This document shows, piece after piece, positions 1 through 12,600 of a stretch of 30,239 nucleotides of DNA. The stretch is from Kiritimatiellia bacterium (GTDB lineage Bacteria; Verrucomicrobiota; Kiritimatiellia; RFP12; DVOR01), in NCBI GenBank assembly GCA_017457555.1, contig JAFTHG010000098.1:1-30239 (forward strand). Direction: 5' to 3'. How positions within the stretch are numbered: position 1 is the first letter of the stretch; each line of letters opens with the position of its first letter. The translations under genes were made by a program, and so were the position numbers. Under the pieces are notes generated by a model. That model saw only the letters and a program-made list of their open reading frames with translations. It had not been told where the DNA came from and made no database searches.

Positions 1-154
1 CCCCTTATGCAGAACGCTTAAACGCAAAACGCTTAACGACCTTTGCACTGTTACGATAAACCACGCTTTGCGGGATTCACAGTGGTAGGCGTTTGCGGTG
101 GCGTGGCGTTTCAGGGGTGGGGCAAAGGGATCTCAGAGATGAGAGGGAATCCGC

Positions 155-170
155 CGCCCTTTCAGGGCTG
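155..170. repeat. Short REP-like palindrome CGCCCTTTCAGGGCTG (stem GCCCT / loop TTC / AGGGC)
   Basis: Hairpin visible in the sequence. It resembles GCCCTTTCAGGGC-type REP-like repeats that I recall from other bacteria. Only one copy is present here, so repeat status cannot be confirmed. Confidence 0.3.
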
Positions 171-287
171 AAATCCATCGTCCTCTTTCTGCCCCTTTGT
201 GGTGTTCACAGGGGCTGTGTTGTGGTGTTGCAGCGTTGGGTGGTGTGAGGGGGTGTCTTTTTGAACATTAATATAAAAGAAAAAACT

Positions 288-315
288 TTGCTTGTTGGCG
301 CTGATTTGGTAGACT
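288..315 (+). promoter_or_regulatory. Putative sigma70 promoter of the giant gene
   Basis: TTGCTT (288-293), 16-bp spacer, extended -10 TG-n-TAGACT (307-315), preceded by an A/T-rich UP-like tract (268-287). Predicts a transcription start near 322. Confidence 0.45.
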
Positions 316-630
316 AATTCTGTGATATGAGAGAAGCGATGAAGACATTTTCACAGAAGTGCCAAGGCACGTCGGTTCAGACCGGCGCGCTCTATCATTG
401 TTATCTCATTGTAATTCAAAGACTTATGCGTGATTGCGTAACACAGGCTTTATCGTATGCGCGCGCCTTCGCGATGCAAGGGATGCATCGGGGTGGGGCG
501 TTGAGCGAACGCAGTTTTTGCGGAAACGGTACGCAGCGTGTGGCTACGACAGGAAAAGTTTTTTCCGCAAATCACCTGACCGAGCTGATTTTTGAGAACG
601 ACAATATGCGCCCAATTTGCGCGATTGCCT

Positions 631-636
631 GAGGAG
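631..636 (+). promoter_or_regulatory. Shine-Dalgarno site of the giant gene
   Basis: GAGGAG lies 7 nt upstream of ATG 644, which opens a typical signal peptide. The track's TTG 617 has no such site. Confidence 0.8.
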
Positions 637-643
637 TCCGACT

Positions 644-3600
644 ATGAAAACTACGTGGATAAAATCATTCCTTGCTACTGGCATTAAGTGGCTGCCCTGC
701 ACGGTGTTTCTAACCGCTGCGCTCGCGACCACAGTGGTTCAGGCGGCTGAGGTGTCGTATTCGTGGAACAAAAAGAAAGGCTTTGTTGATGCAACAGGCA
801 CTCCTGTGGTCATTGACAAAGACTTCACAATCACCGCAAAGTTCACGATGCCATCAACGGTCAACTCCGGAGATGTGATTGTCTTCAATGCCACAAAGGG
901 CGATGGTACGTCTGTGGGTGGTCTTGGCGTCAAAGGCTGGTCGGGCACGCAAGTTTCGTATCTCGTGGGTGAGGCAACGCAAGGTTCCGGTGGTCACTAC
1001 TCCGAGGATCGTTTCTCAAATACCGACACCAAGGCAAATGGTTCGGGCGTGAATACACTGACGATTACGGCGACAGGGTTTAATGCCGGAGCAGTGGCAT
1101 CGTCCAACTTCAAGATGGATTTCGCCGGAGCTGGAACGGCGGGTTCTGTGGAGAACAATGGTGCTTCGGGTGAAGCGGGACCGACAAATGGCAGTTTCGG
1201 CACGGATCCTTTCTCGTTCACGGGCGTAACGCTGGCGGACGGAGCAAGCTTAATCAGCGCAACACTGACGATGGCGCTGCCGGATCCTGTTTGGGAGTGG
1301 GATGGCACAAAGACTGATGGCACGCTGTGTGACACGGTGAAAACGTTGCCAACGAAACTGGGTGAAACGGTTTATTCGGTCAGCGGTCAGATTTTTGACT
1401 TAAGTACGTTGAACATTCCGTCAAAGACGTTCTCTTTTGCTTTCTGGACGACGCGTGAAGGTCCAGCCAACTGGCGCGACTATGCCGGTTTCGCTAACGA
1501 AGAAGGGTATTTGCAAGTTCAGCGCGATGATACGGGCATCTTTGTGCAATGCTATCTCCAGGATGGGCCAACGTGGGGTTCCGGCAATAATCTGCCGTTT
1601 GCGCTCTCCTCGGTGTCCTATCAGCGCGTGGTGCTCGTACACGACACGACGGTGGTTAAAGTCTATGTGGACGGTAAGCTCATCTCCACAAACACGGTGA
1701 ACAGTGATACGTGGGCGAGTTTGTCCAGCGATACGGGCATCATGAAGTATTTCGGTCTGGGCTGTGCGCCGTCTAAGACGGGTGGCGACAATGGTCGTGC
1801 AGGGACTGCATGGATTGCCGATGCGCGTATTTACAATGTGGCACTGTCGGCGGGTGAAGTGGCCGCCTTCTACAATGCGTATGACTTCTACACCGAAACC
1901 CTTGGATTGAAGCGTTCGACTTCAACCGCTTTGATTGAAGGTGGCAAGTACAGCATCAAGGTGTCGGCTGCGGAAGCCGCGGCAGGGACGCTGCAGATTG
2001 CAGTGCCCAATACTGCGGCAGTCACGGATATCACCTGGGATGTGCGCTACTTTGACGAGGTGGAAAATCTGACGGCCACCTTTGATGCCGCAACGAAGAC
2101 CTATACTTTCTCCTTCACGCCGATTACGGAAGTGGGCGTTGAGAATGCCGAAGTGATTGCGGTCAACTTCGTCAATGAGTACTCGCAGTTGACGGGTGCG
2201 TTCAATAACATGGAGATGGTCGGTTTCGCCGCTCCCGGAAAGGGTGACAAAATCGCATTGCGCCACTGGAATCACTTCCAGATTGCAAATGGTACCAATG
2301 TGGCAACAACGGGTTCGGAAGGGGGCACCTACACCTTGTCGTGGTCTTCGCCTAATGTCTGGTACAATGGCAGCACCGATTCCACCGTGGGTAAGTTGCT
2401 TTACGGGTATCTGGATAATAATTTCAGCCTGACGCTGGAAGGTTTGCCGGTGACGGGCTACGATGTGGCCATCATCAGTGGTGGTGACGGTGGAGCCTTC
2501 AGTCCGATTACGGTGAATGGTACGGCATACATCGGCAGCGAAGGCGCTACGGTTGAAGGCTCCGGAAGCTGGGGAACGCGTTCAAATGGCGGTGCTTTGA
2601 CCGAGGGCACAAATGTGCTCTATGTGCCCAATGTTTACGGGTCGACACTGGAAATTTCACAACCGAATAACGCAACAAATGCCCGTGGCGCTTTGTCTGC
2701 CATTCAGGTCTTTATCCATCCGGCGGCTGGGGCTCAGGACTTTACGGCGGCACCTTCGGGAACGTCGGTCACATTCAGTTCCATTGACTGGGATGAAGGC
2801 ACCTTTGTGGGCGGTGAAGCCAATACGGCAACGCTGACGTTGGAACCCGGCACCACGCTGACGTTTGACGAGTCGCCAATGTTGGCAGAGTTGAAATTGA
2901 TCTCTTCGGGAGAGGTGACGGTCGCTCTGGGTGGTTCGGTAACGTCGCTGGATATTGCTTTGGCCGATATCAATTCGTTCAACTATGCTGAAGTCGGTCA
3001 ACTGAATATCGGCTCTCTGACGGCGACAGCGCTGACGGCTCCCGGCGGTACAACGTTGGCGATGGTGTCGCCCTCGCAAATCACTACGCTGACACGTGCC
3101 AACGGGTCAACGATCAAATTCTCGGAAGCCGTAACAGGCGAAGAGTCGGTCCTGCTGCTACAGGATAACACCACGGTCGAAACCACGGGTAATGTGACCA
3201 TCAACGGTTCAATCAAGGAAACGTTGAAGGGACGCGGTTGGACGCTTTCGGGTGGTACTTCCACTATTTCGGACAGCTTCTATCTGGCAGCCGGTGCTGC
3301 ATGGGCGAACCCGGGGAACAAGGCTTCGCTGAAAATTGAAAATGGTGCCACGTTAACCGTGAATGGCACAGCATCAACGCTTGGCCGCAACAAAACCGAT
3401 GGCGCCATGATGTTCGCTGAATGCGGCAATGGTTCAACGGTGACGATTACGGGTGAAGGCTCTGCGCTCTCTGTGCCGAATGGTGCGATTAACCTTTCGC
3501 GTGACGGCGCTACGACAGCTACCGTTTCGGATGGCGCCTCGCTGACCGCCTATAAGCTGGGCGGAACCTCTAATTCCAGCACTCTGACGATTAATAATGC

Positions 3601-6600
3601 TACGTTGGTGCTCGGCAAGGCCGATGCCACAGATGGCACCGTGCAGATGACGGCCGGCAAGTTGATTCTGGATGGTGCAACGCTTTCAGCCAATGGTGAC
3701 TGGAGTGTCAATACGGGGTCAACTGCTTCTCAGATTGAAGTGGCCAATACGCTGACAGTTAATCCCAATGGCAAGACGATTACGTTGCGGAATATGACCT
3801 TCCAGACGGGGGCTGCGCTCACCGCAACCGGTTCCGGCGTACTGGATATCCGTGAACTCTCCGGTATGGATGCTTATACCAAGACGCTTTCCGGCACGGT
3901 AAATGTGAAGACCGCTGCAGGCTCGGAAGGCACGGTGACTTTGGGCGATGATGCCACGATCACCCTCTATCTCTCCAGCCAGCAGATGATTACGGGCTAT
4001 ACTGCTGCAGGAGTGACCGGTAATGGCACCATTGTTTTCATGGATCCGGACGGAAATGAAGTGACTGAAGGCGTTTCCGGAAACGTTTACTTGCCGGCAA
4101 CGCCGCGTTGGACGGCAACGACTGCAACAGGCAGCTGGAGTGACACTACGCTGTGGAGCACAGGCACGGTTCCGACCTCGGGTGATATTGTAATTGATAT
4201 TACGGGTGTGACGGACGATGTGACGTTGACCGTGGATGCTACAACCACGCTGGGCACGGTAACGGTGCTCGGTGGTGAAAACACGCTGACCTTCAGCCCG
4301 ACCGCAACGAATGCGTTGACGGTTTCAAAGATTGATCTTTCGGCCAATACCGATGTCCGCAATGGAATCACGTTAACGGCAGATGGCACGGTGGTCATTG
4401 CAGAAGGCGCGACACTGACGGTGCCGAATAATATGGTCTATTCGGGTGATGCAATCAGTTTGGCGGCAGATGGCTTGCCTGCCCGTGTGACAGGTCCGGG
4501 CACGCTGGCTCTCGATTTGGGCGCAAGTACTTCGGTGAATCTGACAGGCTCCAATGCCAATTATAAACTGGGGCTTACGGTGCTCTCCGGTACGCTCAAT
4601 CTTCCCAATAAGGGAGGTGACGGTCCGGGTAAGGGACGTATCATTACTGTTTCAGGCAGCTCTTCCAAGTTGAAGCTCTCCAATGATGATGCAATGGGGT
4701 GGAACTATGCGGCAGGCCAGAAGGTTGCTCTGTATGATGGCGGCACCCTGTGGATCACAAAGCGTGACACAATGGTGGCAGATGTGGATATGCGCGCCGG
4801 TAAGATATTGTTGGACAAGAGCGCGAATGCAAATCGTGGTTTGGACTTGTATCATGCCAATATCTTTACTGTCTATGCGGCAGAGGGTGCTACTGCGACT
4901 GCGCCTACAGAATCGTCGTTCACCTTCTCAAGCGATACGGCCACAGCAGGACAGACCGTGTTAATCCGTGATGGGGACTTGACCTTTGATGTAAAGGCCA
5001 ATGCTCGCTTGACGGTTGATGCAAAGTTGGTTGCCGGTGAAGCAGGATTGAATGCCGGCGGCACGCCCGGTAAGCTCATTAAGAATGGTGACGGTGAATT
5101 GGTGTTGACCGCCGCCAACACCTATAATACGGTTACAGACGTGAATGCCGGTGTGGTGACGCTTTCGGGTAATGGTAAGTTTGGCTCCGGCACGGTGACG
5201 CTTGCCTCGGGTGCCGTGGTGAATCTGGTCGTTGCGGATGGTGCTACGAAGAATCTGACAGCGTATGGTTCGCTCAGCGCTGTGGCAGGCTCTATTATAA
5301 GGAAATCCGGAGCAGGTGCTTTGACGATGGATACCGCCTTTGCCGGAAAGGTGGAAGTGCTGGGCGGAACGTTGGCACTGGGAACACGTCGCGATGTGAC
5401 AATTGCCGCTTTGGCAGATGGCGCTGTGGTGGAATTAACCCGTGCAACGGGGGAACAAACCATTACCATTCCGACGACGCTGACGGCAGCACCTGCAGCA
5501 TCGGCTTTCTCCATTGCGGGACAGGCTCCGGAAAGCGTTACGTTGGAAAATGGCAATCTTGTCGTAACACCGCGTTCGGCAAGTTATTACTGGGTGCCGG
5601 CAGGGACAGATACGAACTGGTTGACCCTCAACAACTGGCGTTTCGGCAGTGTGACCGGGTCGGCAGCAACGGAACTTCCCACCGCAGTATCAGACGTGTA
5701 TGTTGTTGTGCCGAAGACAACGGCAGTAACGCTCACATTGGATGGCGATGTCACCGTGAACACGATGACGGTGCTTGCTTCCGGCACAGGCGAAAATGGT
5801 ACACTGACAATCGATGGTACTGCTTCCCTGACAGCCACTTCCTTGACGGTCGAAGAAGCTACGGTTGAAACGGCAAAGTTGAATGTACCAACCGTTACAT
5901 TGAATACCAATGCTCAAGTAATCGCTACGGTCGCAGAGGGGACAACGTGGAATGTCAACCGTCTCTCCGGTGTGGGTACCTTCGTTAAGAATGGGGTAGG
6001 GACGCTTCAATTAGCAGTGCCCTCTTCAACGGCCCGTACGGTTGCAGAAGGTGTGACGATTACGGTCAATGATGGTGTGTTGCAGACTTACCTGAATGGT
6101 AATGACAACAATCCGATCTTGAAGAATGTGGTCTTGAACTTTGCAGCAGAAGCCGATGGCTTCCGTTCGCATGGTTGGTTAGGCTTGGATGGTTCTGTCA
6201 CGGTGAATACGGCTGCAGATTTGACATTTGCTGCGGCGGTAGGTGCCGTTCCCTCACTTCAGGGCTCTGGCACGTTAGTGAAGCAGGGCGCAGGAACCTT
6301 CACGTGGGATTTGCGCGGTGGTGAACATGCCAATCCGATGACGATTGAGGCAGGAGCAATTGCCTTTGCAGGAAGCGGTTCGCAAACAGCGGCAATTTCG
6401 GGTGCCGGTCAGGTGAAGATTCCTACTGGTGCAACGATTACCTTTACCGTGGCGAATACCTATTCTGGCGGCACCTCTATTGTTGAGGGAGCAACCTTGA
6501 CCGCCAATGATACGAATGGTCTTGGCACAGCGGCAATCACGGGTGCCGGTAAGCTGATTGTGAACGGTTATCCTGCCAATGCTACTGTCCGTAATTCGCT

Positions 6601-9600
6601 CGGCGATACGGCATGGATGGGCCACTATGTGAATACGGCTGACAACACTCTGGCAGATAACGGCAATTGGTTGGGCGCTGTAGGTAACACCTCTTCCATT
6701 GTTGAATTCACGGGTGTGAATGCGGGGCACTTGGCTAAGGCCGGTTCAATGAATGCCACATTAAAAGTGACCGGTTCCATTACATTGAATAATGGATGGA
6801 GTAATAATGGCGGTTACACCTTTAATGGCGCACTTTTGGGCGAGGGTACTCTCGCTACAACGGGTGATCAGACCGATGTCTTGAAATTCCTCGGCGAAAC
6901 AAAGGATTTTGCAGGTACAATCAACGTTGCGGGCAGTCATTGTGTTGCCTTTGGTGAACAAGCTGATGATGGCACTAAGGTTGGCATGCTGGTGGTGCAG
7001 ACCGGTAAGACGGCAAACATCGCCGCAGGAAAGATCTGGACGGCTGTTAATGGTATTGAGGTCGCTGGTACGTTGAGCGGCACCGGTAAGATTGGTGATG
7101 AAACGGGTGCAAACGGTACCTTGAAGCTGGTCGCAGATGCGTGTCTGGATGTGACGGGTGGCACGTTGACCGTGGCAACGCTGGATACGCTTCCGGATAC
7201 GCTGACGGTGAAGTCTGCCGGCGCTCTGGTTACCATTACAGATCGTATTGATGTGATGACGGTGACGGAATCGGTGCCGACGTTGACCGATGTCACCGTG
7301 ACGCTTCTGAATGCAGAAGGTCAGAGCCTGGGTGCGGATTACGCATTGACCTCTACCACCAATGCAGATGGTGACATCATTATTCAGGTGATGTTGGCAG
7401 AAGAAGCAGAAACCTATACTATTAATATGGTAGAGGATGGCATCACCTCTTTGACGGAAGCTCTCGCGGGCGGTGTCTTCGGTGCTGGCGTTACCGCATT
7501 GCCGGAAGAATCCTTCAATCTGGTCATTAACTTTGGTGACGTTGCTGCTGGTGGAACGGCGGTTCCCGGTACGTTTGATTTGGATCACGCTACGGATGTG
7601 AAGATCTCCGTTTTGACGGTGAAGGGAACCAATGGCGGAACCGTGACACAGACCTCCGAAAAGGATGTGACTGTGGCGCAGACGACAATTGTTTCCGGCG
7701 TGGAAGTGGCTTTACCGGTAACATTGGTTGCAAAGACGCAGGTTGCAGATGTGGCAGCAGATGCGCGTCTGGTGATTCAGGTGCCGGATAATGCCGGAGA
7801 TATTACGGTTGCAACGAAGATCACGGGCGCAGGAGCCGTGGCGCTTGAATTGGCTGATGGCGCAACTGGAACAGGTTCCTCCGTGGTCTTTTCTGCGACA
7901 ACAAGCACCTATGCAGGTGGCACTGCTATCGCCACCGGTACGCATTTGAAGATGGCCGAAGCGAATGTGCTCGGTACCGGCGCTATCTCCGGTTGGAACG
8001 ATGGTTACGGTACGTTGAATTTCAAACCTGTTATCAGCACAACTGCAACGACAGCACCGACACTTGCTACGGACTGGGCGGGTACTGTTGTGCTGGAAGA
8101 TGTTGCAAACGTAAAGGGTTTCACGATTCCGACATATGCGCCAAATGCAAACGCAACGGTGACATTGAAGAATGTTACAGGCTGGTCGGCCACCGGAAAG
8201 CAAACGCTGGTGGGCAACCTGATTTTGGAAGAGAATGGTTATCAGCCGACAGATGGATCGAGCTCAAACCGAGCCAATTTGGTTGTGACCGGTAAATTAA
8301 AGGGCAATGGCTGGATTAAGGCTCCAACGAAGGGTAACTTCTATTATGGTTACAGCTTTGCTGATGCCTCAGAATTCACTGGAAGCATTCACCTTGCGAC
8401 AGGTTATGGCGCACGTACGTCGGTAATCTTCGGCGTGTTGGATTCCTGGTCTTCTGCTTATGATGGCAATGTTACCATTTTGGAAGGTACAACGGCAACG
8501 ATTGCAGAGAGTGCTGTTTGGACTCCGGCTGCAAATCATGCCATTGTTGTAAATGGTACGGTTGGTGGCGCAGGTACGATTGCAACGAAATTGACGGTGG
8601 GCGAGGGGGCAACCCTGTTGGCTTCGGCAGATTCCTGCCTGAAACTTGCCGCAGATACAACGTTGAGTCTGCCTACTCAATTCACTGTGCAGTTGCCTGA
8701 AAACACAACACTCCAGCCCGGTGTTCCGTTTGTAATTTTGGATCGTGCTGATACGACAACGCTTTCGGTGACCGGTTCGACCGTGACGGTGATGTCTGGT
8801 ACAACGCCTGTTGAAGATGCCATTCTGAGTGTGACAACGGATGGTGATGTGGCCGTTCAGATTCCTGCAGCCTTTGAAGCCGAAGTGTCTGCAGTCAATG
8901 TGGCATGGGAAGATCTTGCTTGGACGAAGGGTGGTGTGGCAACTACCGATAAGCCGTCGGCATTAGATCGTGCGACCTTGAAGGTTCAGGTGGCGGATGC
9001 GTGTATCACAAGTGATACCTTGTTGACGATTGGACAGTTGGCAGTTGAAGGTGAAGCGGTTGCTTTGCGCTTCACGCGTGACTGTATCACGCAAGCGATG
9101 TATGAGGCGATCCCGACAACCGTGACCTTGGTTGAAACTGCAACCGGTCTGGATGAAAAGATTACGGTTCAGGTGGCAACACTCAAGTATGGTGCTTTGG
9201 CCACTGTGACGCAGACTGAAACTGTTGCAACGGCAGCATTGACACTGCCGGAAGGCGCCGCACAGGGCTCCGGTGCAACAATCTATTCCATCAGCTTGGC
9301 TCTGAATGGTTATCAGATTGCTGATACGGATGTGACCGGTCTTGATGGGTATGAAGTGCTTGGTACCAACTGGACGCGAATCACAGGTGGCCAGTCTTCG
9401 GCATCCGGTACGGCCGATTTGATTGCGGTGCCATTGTCGGACGCAACCTCGAATACCGCACAGCAGACAGTAACCGCAGGGGCGATTTCGTATACGGTGG
9501 GGAATAACTTCTACCGTGCGCCGAATGCACCGATTCCTTTGTTGAAGGGTTATGCTGATGACGGTGGTACCACCTCGCTGTCAATTAACTTGCCAGCTGA

Positions 9601-12600
9601 AGAAGCGGCGAAGGGCTACACTGTGATTGTCTATGCTTCAAATGACTCGGCCTCGGACAATTACAATTTTGCCAACTTCACTGTGAATGACGTCCATTAT
9701 ACAGCGGTAAACGGTAAGACGCAGGAAGGTACGGCAGGATGGGGTAATCCCGGTCCCTACGATTCGTCTGAAAGTGCCTTGGCAGAAGGTGTTAATACGC
9801 TGATTGTTAAGAATCAGACGGCAGCAACGGTGACAATTTCGGAAAACAACTCCGGTAGTTCCCGTGGTGGTTTGGCCGGTGTGCAGATTGTCTTTGAATC
9901 GGTGGACTATGAATTGATTCCCGGTGTGACCGCTACGGTAACGGCCGCAACGGCAGATACTGTTGTTGCCTGGAGTGATTTGACGTGGGTTGATGATGAC
10001 GGTAATCCGGCCACTGCTCCTGTCGCCAATACTCCTGCAACGGTGGTCTTTGAAAGCGATGCCTCACTGGATTTGACTGGTGCAACCGCACTTCAGATTC
10101 AGGTGTTGGGTTACAATCACCGCGTTCGCTTTACCCCGGAGAGTGTGCCGGAAACGGTACCCTTTGTCTTCTCGGAAGACACCATTTACCGTTTGGCTAC
10201 GGCAGCAGATACACTTCCGGAAAATGTGGAACGCATGCCGGGAACACTGCGTTATGAATATACGTATGATGCTACAACAACTGCATACGCCACAATTTCG
10301 AAGACTGTGAGTGACTTTACGGAGGGCTTCTCCGGAAACTTCTCGGCCAATGGCGGTACGATTCGCTTCTCGGGCGGAGAAGTGGTGCTTCCGAATGTCA
10401 ACGGCTCTGCCACGGCGACGACCGTTGTCTTTGGCGGTACCAGCCGTACCACTGTGGCAGATATCATGCGCTTGGGCGAAGGCGAATTTATTGTACGCGA
10501 TACGGCCTCTGTGACGACGTCTCGCCTGTCGCTTTCGGATGGAGCGCCCGGTTACACGACGGCTTTGACGTTGGAAGATTCGGCGCAGATCCGCGTGACG
10601 GGCACCACGAATGTGGATCAGAATACCGCATCGATTATGGTCGGCCACTGGAATGGTGTGTCCTCGTTGACATTGCGTGACAATGCACGCTTGATTGCAG
10701 AAGCCACCGATGTGCTCGTGGGTAAGACGGGTAATACGCAGACCATTACCTTGGAAGGTGGTGAAATGCGCGTCCGTGGCGTAAAACTTTCGGCAAATGC
10801 CAGCGGTACAAATACCTTGACGCTGGCTGGCGGTACGTTGCTTGTGGGTAAGACGGGCATCAATCACTATGGTTCCACCACGTTGGCTCTCAATTTTGAG
10901 GGTGGAGCTCTGGGCGCTTTGACGGATACGGTAATGTTGGGTGCCGATGCGGCTGCGACAATTGCCACGTTGACAGGGACTCCGACGTTTGCCTCTGAGG
11001 CAGATGCGACACTGGAATTGACACAGGAAGAACCCTTCTTAACGGGTGGTGCTGTGGTTAATCAGAGCGGCACGTTGCAGGTGGGCGATATCACGTTGAA
11101 CGAGATGACGCTTGAAGGTGGCACGTTGAAAGTCGTGGGTGGTTTGGATGTTGAAACCCTCACCGCAGCGTCCTCAAGCAAAATTGCCTTTGATCGCGGA
11201 GTCTTGACGGCGACAACGTGTACTTTGAGTGACCCGGTGACGCTTGAAATTCCCCTGCGGAATCGTCTGAGTGAGGGTGGTTATATCCAGATGCGAAATG
11301 GTGGCGTATTGCCGGATTTGAGTGGTACTATTGTGTCGCTTGTTCTGGATGCCAATCGCACGGATGCAGAAAAGGTCTTACCGGAAGTGCCGTTGGTGCT
11401 CGGTGCTTATACCGATGGCACAGAGCCTAATGTGAAGGGCTTCGGTTTAACCAATAACACCAATAACGCCATCGCCGATTCCGAATTGGTTTTGCAGCAG
11501 GGTGATTTGGGCGCAGGCCTTTATGTGTCCCTGACGGGTACGGAAGTCTTGAAGCGTCACGATGCTATCTTGAATCAGACAACTCCCGGCACGGGCTATG
11601 ACCTGTTGCAGAATACGGCAGATGCTTATCCGTACTATTACTTCACCGCAACGGTTTCGGATGCACGTCTGCTGATTCCGGCCGGTGGTGTTGCCGTGTC
11701 GCATCCGACCTTCTCCGGCGAAAAGACACGTATTGTTGTCGCCGGTGATACGATGGTAACGCCGTTGAAGGCCAACAGTGTTGCAATTACGACAGACATT
11801 ATCTTTGACCTCTCGGCATGGGCAAGCGTGCTGCCGGACTTTGTCCGTGGCGCTGTGCGTGATGTGCCGGCTTCTTTCTGCCTGATCAGTGGTGGTATTA
11901 CCATGGCAGAAGGCGTCACTCTTGAAGTTGATACGGGAGACTTTGAAATTCCGGCGGGCTTTGACGTAAGCGTTGAGGCAACCAAGGATGGTCTCTATCT
12001 GGTCATTGCCGCCAACCGCCCGGCTCATACGGTGTCGGTGAACTTCACGGATGTGACAACGCCTCTGGTCGCGCCTCCGGCCAAACCGGGTGTCTATGCA
12101 ACCGATGTGGTAGCTTGGAATGATTTGAATTCGGTTTACTCGTCGGCCGCACTCAAGGTGACTGATTTTGGCGGTATGCCTTCAACGACGGCAACCTCGG
12201 TGGATGGCACGGAGGCAACACGTTTGTTGGTCTACACCTCCAAGGTGAATACATTTGCCGATGCGCCTTCTTCGATGCTGAAGGTCTGGTTAAGTGACAC
12301 AGCAGAGCAGACAATCCGCATTCAGAATGTACCGTTTGAAGCCTATCGCGTGGCACTGATCTTCGCAAATGATTTGGAAGCTGCCGCGTATGCTCCGATT
12401 CAGGTGGGCGAGGGTACGTACACGATGGATGGCGAAGGCTACACGCGCCGCGACATCTCTGCCTACACGGTAAAGCATGCAACAACCGGCCTGGTCACGC
12501 TTGAAGTGTCCGGTGATGCAGCATGGGGAACTACCGATGCACCGGAAGCCGCCGAACCTGTGGTACTGGGGCAGAATGCGCTGATAACGGATGTTTTGAC

